A stretch of 20,757 nucleotides of DNA from contig JAVVGN010000032.1 of assembly GCA_032249095.1 (NCBI GenBank), forward strand, positions 1 to 20,757, read 5' to 3'. The notes under the pieces were generated by a model. The model was not told where the DNA came from. It saw only the letters and a program-made list of their open reading frames with translations, and ran no database searches. Shown here in pieces: positions 15,544-20,757 of the stretch (within the stretch, counting starts at the first letter, position 1; each line of letters opens with the position of its first letter). The translations under genes were made by a program, and so were the position numbers. The stretch comes from Candidatus Caldarchaeales archaeon. Its GTDB lineage: Archaea > Thermoproteota > Nitrososphaeria_A > Caldarchaeales > Calditenuaceae.

Positions 15544-16148
15544 CCAAGAACGCTTTCCAGCGCCCTCTCTAGGGCCTCTCTCGGCTGCTCACCGGGGGGC
15601 AGCCTCACCGCCACCTTACCCTCCCTATCTATAATTATGTATGATGGCGTTGCCTGGACGCCGTAGAGGTCCGAAACTCTGCCGCGCTCGTCCCAGACGG
15701 CCGTCCAGAATATTCCGTGCCTCTCGACGAACTTCGCACTCTCGCTTACGGGGCTCTGACGATCATCAATCATAACTGTCACAAACACTACACCCTTCGC
15801 GCTGTACTTGGTGGCAATCTCCTTGACTATTGGCTCCATATTGTTGCAGTGTGGGCATCTCCACCAGGCGAAGTCGAGGAAAACAACCTTCCCGCGGGCT
15901 GAGGAAAGGGTGAAGGTCTCCTCCGAGAGGCCTTGGGGAGTGAGTTTTCTGAGGGAGAAATCGGGCGCCTCCGCCCCAGAATTCGCCCTAGTCAGGGTTG
16001 TGGGGTTGATGGGCTGTGGTGGTTGGGCGAGCAGGAAGATTATAAGCCCTACGAAGAGGGCCGCCGGGATAAATGCCGCGATGTAGGTGATCTTCCGCCC
16101 GCCGTTCCCTCTTGCTCTTCCTCTCCTCTCTTTTGCCCTCGGGGGCAT
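15540..16148 (-). CDS. membrane-anchored thioredoxin-fold (TlpA/redoxin-like) protein
   Basis: 202 aa with an N-terminal TM anchor and a WRCPHC (CxxC) active site in a thioredoxin-like context. Its stop overlaps the VKOR start by 4 nt (ATGA). Confidence 0.8.
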   Translation of the reverse strand: MPPRAKERRGRARGNGGRKITYIAAFIPAALFVGLIIFLLAQPPQPINPTTLTRANSGAEAPDFSLRKLTPQGLSEETFTLSSARGKVVFLDFAWWRCPHCNNMEPIVKEIATKYSAKGVVFVTVMIDDRQSPVSESAKFVERHGIFWTAVWDERGRVSDLYGVQATPSYIIIDREGKVAVRLPPGEQPREALERALESVLG

Positions 16149-16198
16149 CGTGACTAGCCGTGCTGGCGCGCTTTTAAGCCTTGCCGACCAACCCCAAG

Positions 16199-16996
16199 CT
16201 ACGGGGTGGCGTTCACCGTAAAGCCGCCATCTATCACGAAGACCTGGCCCGTGATGTAGGAGGCGTCGCGGCTTGCGAGGAACGCGGCTAGCTTCCCCAC
16301 CTCCTCCGGAGACCCCAGCCTGCCCATAGGTATCCTCCTCAGCAGGGCCTCAAGGTTCAGCGCGCCCTCCTCGACCCGCCTCCGAACCATGTCCGTCGCT
16401 ATGAAGCCTGGCGCAATAGCGTTGACTGTTATGCCGTGCGGGGCGAGCTCGAGTGCTAGGACGCGGGTAAGCCCTAGGATACCCGCCTTCGAGGATGCGT
16501 ATGCGGCCCTCCACCGAATCCCCATGAAGGATGTGACGGAAGCTATGTTGATTATCCTCCCCCAATTCCGCCTAACCATGTATTCCGACGCCCTCCTCGC
16601 GCAGAGGAACGGCGCCTGGAGGTTGACCGAGATGACCCAGCCCCACTCCTCCAGGGTGAGCTCGGGCAGAGGCTTAGCGACGTTGACCCCCGCGTTGTTC
16701 ACGAGTATGTCTAATCCGCCCATGACTTCCGCGGCCTCGTCTATTACGCGGACACAGCTCTCTGGGACGGAGAGGTCTCCGGAAACCTCCGCGAAGTCAG
16801 CCCCCATGTCCCTCAGACGTCTACCCGTCTCCGCGAGCCTCTCCCCTCTGGTGGCATGGATCACCACTCGGCCGCCCTCCCTCGCAATCTCCAGGGCGAT
16901 CCCCTGCCCGATCCCGCGGCTAGACCCCGTCACCAGAGCGACCAATCCATCGAGCCTCCCCACCTGCACCACCAGCCAGCCGGCACAACAAGCCAA
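16199..16996 (-). CDS. short-chain dehydrogenase/reductase (FabG-like)
   Basis: Motifs LVTGSSRGIG, NNAG and YASSKAG. The true start is probably an internal GTG (about 16963-16972), giving the usual short N-terminus. Confidence 0.9.
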   Translation of the reverse strand: MACCAGWLVVQVGRLDGLVALVTGSSRGIGQGIALEIAREGGRVVIHATRGERLAETGRRLRDMGADFAEVSGDLSVPESCVRVIDEAAEVMGGLDILVNNAGVNVAKPLPELTLEEWGWVISVNLQAPFLCARRASEYMVRRNWGRIINIASVTSFMGIRWRAAYASSKAGILGLTRVLALELAPHGITVNAIAPGFIATDMVRRRVEEGALNLEALLRRIPMGRLGSPEEVGKLAAFLASRDASYITGQVFVIDGGFTVNATP

Positions 16997-17036
16997 TCAG
17001 TCCGTTAATAAGAGTTAGCCGTCCCAAGCCAGTAAA

Positions 17037-17648
17037 CTATGTGGGGGGCCGCATCAACCTAAGTCTCTCAAGGTCCTCCGGGGTGTCGGCGTCTATAAGC
17101 AGCTCAGGCTGCACCTCCACAAGCGCGGCCCGCTCCAAGTTTCTGAGAACTACTTGCCTCGCACCTTGGTCTCCCCTCAGCTCCAGGAGTTTCGGGAACA
17201 GGTCGCGGTGGAAGCATGCCGGGTTACGCGGATCCCCCGCCACGGAGGCCGAGGCGACTAGGCAGTCGCCCTCGAGGACAAGCCGTGCGAGCATCGCTAT
17301 TAGGGGGGAGGGGGTGAGCGGCTGGTCTCCCCCCAATATAACGGCCGCGCGGGAGTCAGCTGAGACCTCCCGTATCCCCGTCCTAATGCTCGAGGCGACC
17401 CCCTCCTCCCAAGCCTCGTTGAAGACGATTCTTACGCCCCCTGCGACGAGACGACTCACTTGCTCGGCCTCGTGGCCAACAACCACTATGACCTCCCCTC
17501 CCCCAGAAGCGATCGCGGCCCTCAGGCTCCAGTGTAGTAGTGGCTCCCCCCAGACCTGTATCGCGAGCTTATTCTTACCCATCCTCCTTGAACCACCGGC
17601 AGCTAGCAGCACAACAGAGAACTCCCCAACCACGTAGCTACTCTGCAC
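17037..17648 (-). CDS. MobA/MocA-like nucleotidyltransferase (molybdenum cofactor nucleotidylyltransferase family)
   Basis: 203 aa with the N-terminal motif LLAAGGSRRMGKNKL, followed by the G.PLL and GDQP segments typical of the NTP_transf_3 family. Confidence 0.75.
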   Translation of the reverse strand: MQSSYVVGEFSVVLLAAGGSRRMGKNKLAIQVWGEPLLHWSLRAAIASGGGEVIVVVGHEAEQVSRLVAGGVRIVFNEAWEEGVASSIRTGIREVSADSRAAVILGGDQPLTPSPLIAMLARLVLEGDCLVASASVAGDPRNPACFHRDLFPKLLELRGDQGARQVVLRNLERAALVEVQPELLIDADTPEDLERLRLMRPPT

Positions 17649-17749
17649 TCCCTCAGATTAATCTGTAATCGGGACATCAGCTAGGACGCTGCACCCGCAG
17701 AGCAAAACTCTTATACTATCCATTGCACAACTATATTTCGCGAGAGAGC

Positions 17750-17905
17750 ATGCCGGCAGCAAAGGCAGGTAGGAAGAGGACAGCAAAGAAGGGAGCAAAG
17801 AAAGCCGGAGCGAGGAAGAAGGCGAGGAAGACGCGCGTTGCTAAGAAGAAGCCACCAGCACCACCCGCGCCGCCAGCTCCCCAGCAAGGCCAGCCGACTG
17901 GCTGA
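17750..17905 (+). CDS. small highly basic Lys/Ala-rich protein with a Pro-rich tail (51 aa)
   Basis: MPAAKAGRKRTAKKGAKKAGARKKARKTRVAKKKPPAPPAPPAPQQGQPTG. An AT-rich upstream region precedes it and a T7 run follows 38 nt after the stop. No family was recognised, and low complexity means caution. Confidence 0.45.
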   Translation: MPAAKAGRKRTAKKGAKKAGARKKARKTRVAKKKPPAPPAPPAPQQGQPTG

Positions 17906-17942
17906 GCGTGGAACATCCGGCAATACCACAACCCTAGACCCA

Positions 17943-17949
17943 TTTTTTT
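17943..17949 (+). terminator. oligo-T (T7) candidate archaeal terminator
   Basis: A run of 7 T lies downstream of the stop of the small basic ORF. Confidence 0.4.
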
Positions 17950-17992
17950 CAGAACTTGTTGCAGAATCACTGCCAAGCATATCCTTGTCTTG

Positions 17993-18163
17993 TTAGAGGA
18001 GGCGCGATGCCAGAAGCACCAGAGCCACTAGGACAGCTCCCCCAACAAGCACGATCTCCGGCCTCAACTTAACCCCCTTAGTCTCCTCCTCGAAGAACCT
18101 AAGCAGCCCCGCACCCGTAGCGGGTAGGGGAGCCTCCCTCCTACGCCTTCGCTGCCCACTCAC
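17993..18163 (-). CDS. preprotein translocase subunit Sec61beta (56 aa; absent from the ORF track)
   Basis: Hand translation gives VSGQRRRRREAPLPATGAGLLRFFEEETKGVKLRPEIVLVGGAVLVALVLLASRLL*. It has a basic N-terminus, the AGLxRFFEE motif, KxxPE and a single C-terminal TM helix. A TATA-like ATATATAT ends 22 nt upstream of the GTG. Confidence 0.75.
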   Translation of the reverse strand: MSGQRRRRREAPLPATGAGLLRFFEEETKGVKLRPEIVLVGGAVLVALVLLASRLL

Positions 18164-18184
18164 GGATGAGAGAGGCAGGAAGCG

Positions 18185-18192
18185 ATATATAT
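18185..18192 (-). promoter_or_regulatory. TATA-like box for Sec61beta
   Basis: ATATATAT ends 22 nt upstream of GTG 18163. Confidence 0.4.
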
Positions 18193-18284
18193 CCGTTTAT
18201 AAGCCGCCAGGCAGTATTCAGGAATCCCGAAATGATTGGGGGGTAATACGGCTAGGGGCCTCGCGGCTACCCCCCGGCTCACGG

Positions 18285-18292
18285 TTTATCTA
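18285..18292 (+). promoter_or_regulatory. TATA-like box for the CdvB-like gene
   Basis: TTTATCTA ends 27 nt upstream of ATG 18319. Confidence 0.4.
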
Positions 18293-18318
18293 TGCTGGCA
18301 GCGCGGGCCGGGCGAAGG

Positions 18319-19092
18319 ATGCCCCGCTTGCTTGACGTCATCAAGTGGAGGAGGCCGCCGAGTCAAACCATGAGGGACTCAGGACAGTACGCCGCAAGGC
18401 TCTCATCAGCCCTGCTTACCCTTAACGCGCAGATTAATCGGCTTAAAAACAAGTACGCCGGCCTCGAAGCCAGGGGTAAGGAGTACTTCGAGCGGTGTGT
18501 CTCGGCCCTCCAGTCAGGCGACGAGGGCTACGCCGCGATATACGCCAACGAGATAGCCGAGCTGAGAAGGATAGCCCGGATAGTGCTTCAGTCTCTCCTA
18601 GTTCTTGAGCAGGTTAGGGTGAGGATGGAGAGTCTCCTAGAGCTTAGGGATATCATAGGGCTGGCTCCCGTCCTTAAGGGGCTGCTGGAGAGCGTGAGGA
18701 GCGAGATCATAAAGGTCGTCCCAGAGGCGGCCGAGAGCCTCGACGAGCTATCAAACGCCATCGACGGCCTCGTCTCCAGCGCCGGCGTTCATCAACCCAT
18801 CGCGGTGGAGGATAAGGAGGAGCTCTCAGACGAGGCTATGAGGATACTCGAGGAGGCGCGGGCGATAATTGCGAGGCAGGTCGCTGAGAGCTTCCCTGCG
18901 GTACCTACCCTCTCTAGAGAGGAGCGCATCATATACGAGTATATAGTGTCTCTGCCGGAGGGGACGGTTCTGGAGGTGGACTCCTGCTCCAGGGCGCTCG
19001 GCATCCCCGAGCAGGAGGTGGAGGATGTCCTGAAGAGGCTTGAGCAGAAGGGGCTCATAGAGGTGGCCTCGCAGACAGAGAGTCCCGAGTGA
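18319..19092 (+). CDS. cdvB: ESCRT-III (Snf7) family protein with a C-terminal winged helix, CdvB-like
   Basis: A coiled-coil core (EYFERCVSALQSGDEGYAAIYANEIAELRRIARIV...LEQVRVRMESL) resembles my recollection of crenarchaeal CdvB. The C-terminal segment IIYEYIVSLPEGTVLEVDSCSRALGIPEQEVEDVLKRLEQKGLIEV is wHTH-like. The track start is 18292; ATG 18319 fits the TATA spacing better. Confidence 0.6.
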   Translation: MPRLLDVIKWRRPPSQTMRDSGQYAARLSSALLTLNAQINRLKNKYAGLEARGKEYFERCVSALQSGDEGYAAIYANEIAELRRIARIVLQSLLVLEQVRVRMESLLELRDIIGLAPVLKGLLESVRSEIIKVVPEAAESLDELSNAIDGLVSSAGVHQPIAVEDKEELSDEAMRILEEARAIIARQVAESFPAVPTLSREERIIYEYIVSLPEGTVLEVDSCSRALGIPEQEVEDVLKRLEQKGLIEVASQTESPE

Positions 19093-19119
19093 GGGTGGGG
19101 GGGGGGACCGCTGGGGGGC

Positions 19120-20625
19120 TTAGTATGCCCTAGCTATGTATATGAAGGTCTTCCCCGCGGATCCGCATCCCACGCAGGGCTCCTCGCTCCGTTCCTCGTA
19201 CTCGAACATATAGCCCCTTACCTCCCCACCCATCTCCTGCCTCATCTTTAACGCGCATTCTTCGGATCCACACCAGCTCGCCCTACATATTTTACCCTCC
19301 GATATCATTCTGGCCCCCTCCTTACTGCTCCTCACGGTGACGACCAAATCTCGGAGGGTCCGCCACGCCCTCTCCCTGAGGTTGTCGGATATTAGTCGGA
19401 AGGTCTCGGAGACACCGTCAACCAGCCTCTCAACCTTCACGGACACCCTCTCACCCGTATCCCTCCTCGCCAGCACCACCTCCTCCCTCTGCACCTCCCT
19501 CGGGCCAACCTCGACCCTCAGAGGCACCCCCCGCCTCTCCCAGTAATAGTACTTCTCGCCCGGCGTGACGTCCCGCCTATCGTCTAGATGGGTCCTAAAC
19601 CTCTCCCGCAAAATTTCGTAGACCCTCCTCGAATGGGAGTACACGGGCTCCTCCTGACCCTTATACGGTATCGGGACTATCACTACTTGGGTGGGCGCAA
19701 CAGACGGGGGGAATATGGGGCCCAGATCGTCGCCGTGTTGTGCGACAATAGCGGCCAATACCCTGCTGTAGCCGAACCCGTAGCAAAGCTGCCATCCATA
19801 CCCCTTCCCACCCTCCTTCTTCTCGAACACGATGTTAAAGACCCTCGAAAAGTTAGTCCCAAGGTTGTGGACTGTCGCGACCTGGTTCACCTTGCCATCA
19901 GGGTTCCATGAGTCGAAGGCGACAGAGTAGTCGGCCCCCGCAAACTTGTCGAAGTCGGGGCGCCTAAGGACGAGGTAGGCTATACCCAGCTCATCGAGTA
20001 CAGTCTTGTAAATCGCTATGGCTCTTCTCAGCTGGGCCTCGGCCTCCTCAGCCGAGGCAAAGACGCTGTGCCCCTCGTTCCAAGGGATCTCTCGAACCCT
20101 GTATAGGGCTCTGGTAGCCTTCGTCTCATATCTGTAGACGGAGCAGCTCTGGTGGACCTTGAGGGGCAGGTCCGAGTGGTTGTTTATCCAGATCGCGAAC
20201 ATCGGATACATGATCGTCTCTGAGGTGGGCCTGAGTATGAGGGGAGCCTCAGCCTCCTCACCCTCTCCGCCCAGCCTCAGCTTCCCCACGGCGAAGACCT
20301 CCCCCATAAATCCCTTAATATGCTCGGCCTCCCGCGAGAAATTCTCAAGCGTAGCCACAAGCGGAAAATACATCGGCAGGTGGCCATCAGCCTCCAGCAG
20401 CTCCTCTAACATCCTCCTCACCCTCTCGATCACAAACCAGCCCTGCTCAAGATAGACGTAGAAACCCTTCACAGGATATCTAGTATCCGCGAGCCTAGCC
20501 GTCAAAAGGATGCCGTCGAACCAGTCGCTAAAATTCCTGAACTTCTCAACTCCAGTTTTCCCCGTGGCAATAGGCCCTCCCAGCCCAAAGCCACCCCAAA
20601 CCCCATATATAAAAATAATCACCAT
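19120..20625 (-). CDS. proS: prolyl-tRNA synthetase (archaeal-type class II)
   Basis: Motifs FSDWF...RYPVKG, LRPTSET, YRYETK, ATVHNLG and CYGFGYSR, a C-terminal Cys cluster and a terminal ...ARAY. The first ~25 codons are hydrophobic and contain a TATA-like box, so the start is doubtful. Confidence 0.9.
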   Translation of the reverse strand: MVIIFIYGVWGGFGLGGPIATGKTGVEKFRNFSDWFDGILLTARLADTRYPVKGFYVYLEQGWFVIERVRRMLEELLEADGHLPMYFPLVATLENFSREAEHIKGFMGEVFAVGKLRLGGEGEEAEAPLILRPTSETIMYPMFAIWINNHSDLPLKVHQSCSVYRYETKATRALYRVREIPWNEGHSVFASAEEAEAQLRRAIAIYKTVLDELGIAYLVLRRPDFDKFAGADYSVAFDSWNPDGKVNQVATVHNLGTNFSRVFNIVFEKKEGGKGYGWQLCYGFGYSRVLAAIVAQHGDDLGPIFPPSVAPTQVVIVPIPYKGQEEPVYSHSRRVYEILRERFRTHLDDRRDVTPGEKYYYWERRGVPLRVEVGPREVQREEVVLARRDTGERVSVKVERLVDGVSETFRLISDNLRERAWRTLRDLVVTVRSSKEGARMISEGKICRASWCGSEECALKMRQEMGGEVRGYMFEYEERSEEPCVGCGSAGKTFIYIARAY

Positions 20626-20757
20626 ACTGCCTTGTGGCCTAATTCCTATGATTCGATTTTCCCCTCTCCGTCTGGTGCCCGGTTTCCTACGTTGTTACGG
20701 CTCTCAATAGCATGTTGTATATGAGCGCCTTGATCGTCAGCTCTGAGTCCATCCATC

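Noticed and set aside
16389-17637. Long antisense ORFs 16389-17018 (+, 209 aa) and 17041-17637 (+, 198 aa)
   Set aside because: They mirror the SDR and MobA-like genes almost end to end. Their Ser/Pro/Ala/Thr/Arg-rich translations are the usual GC-rich antisense artefact, while the sense-strand proteins carry clear family motifs.
17711-17980. Minus-strand ORFs 17711-17980 and 17731-17976, opposite the small basic protein
   Set aside because: Their Phe/Leu/Ala-rich translations are simply the complement of the AAG/GCN-rich + strand. The T7 terminator and the upstream AT-rich region fit + strand expression. The real minus-strand gene nearby is Sec61beta (17993-18163), in a separate ORF.
20687-20757. 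Possible C-terminal fragment of a minus-strand gene at the right edge (...DSELTIKALIYNMLLRAVTT*), or an N-terminal fragment of a + strand ORF from ATG 20712
   Set aside because: Only about 20 codons are visible, two minus-strand frames and one + frame are open, and there are no motifs. It cannot be called from this window.
1-20757. CRISPR arrays, rRNA genes, tRNA introns, recognisable toxin-antitoxin or defence-system genes
   Set aside because: No regularly spaced direct repeats, no rRNA-like conserved stretches and no interrupted tRNA anticodon loops were seen. None of the ORF translations carry motifs of Cas proteins, restriction-modification enzymes or common toxin families that I could recognise.

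Overview
GC-rich (roughly 60% from hand counts of sampled lines) archaeal chromosomal segment. Archaeal origin is supported by two archaeal-type tRNAs, a Sec61beta gene, a short XPF nuclease, a CdvB-like ESCRT-III protein, and TATA-like boxes ending 22-27 nt upstream of many start codons, which implies leaderless mRNAs. This fits a thermophilic TACK/Crenarchaeota-like organism, but the organism is not identified. The backbone is housekeeping: thrC, tRNA-Arg(CCG), tRNA-Pro(UGG), a gap-pgk operon, citramalate synthase, SIMPL protein, XPF, an Lrp regulator, a VKOR/thioredoxin-like pair, an SDR, a MobA-like nucleotidyltransferase, Sec61beta, a CdvB-like protein and ProRS. Unusual content: (1) a 108-109 bp MITE-like element in two inverted copies 12.5 kb apart, plus a solo terminal repeat. 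(2) A 3.75 kb accessory islet bounded by the 3' ends of two convergent tRNA genes, holding a low-GC ADP-ribosylglycohydrolase and a low-GC, frameshifted HTH-LAGLIDADG gene. (3) A bacterial-type class I GAPDH in the gap-pgk operon. (4) An apparent +1 frameshift or missing start in cimA, and a doubtful ProRS start. (5) A GG-terminated beta-grasp (MoaD/ThiS/SAMP-like) protein. (6) A 51-aa Lys/Ala/Pro-rich basic protein. (7) An 833-bp non-coding region with GC-rich nested hairpins and direct repeats upstream of an unknown-protein/LOG-like pair. No CRISPR array, rRNA, recognisable defence system or toxin-antitoxin pair was seen. I cannot point to one clear-cut novel multi-gene system. The best candidates for uncharacterised biology are the XPF/138-aa/wHTH cluster, the 163-aa/LOG-like pair with its repeat-bearing upstream region, and the small basic protein. 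All functional calls rest on motif recognition by eye, not on database searches.
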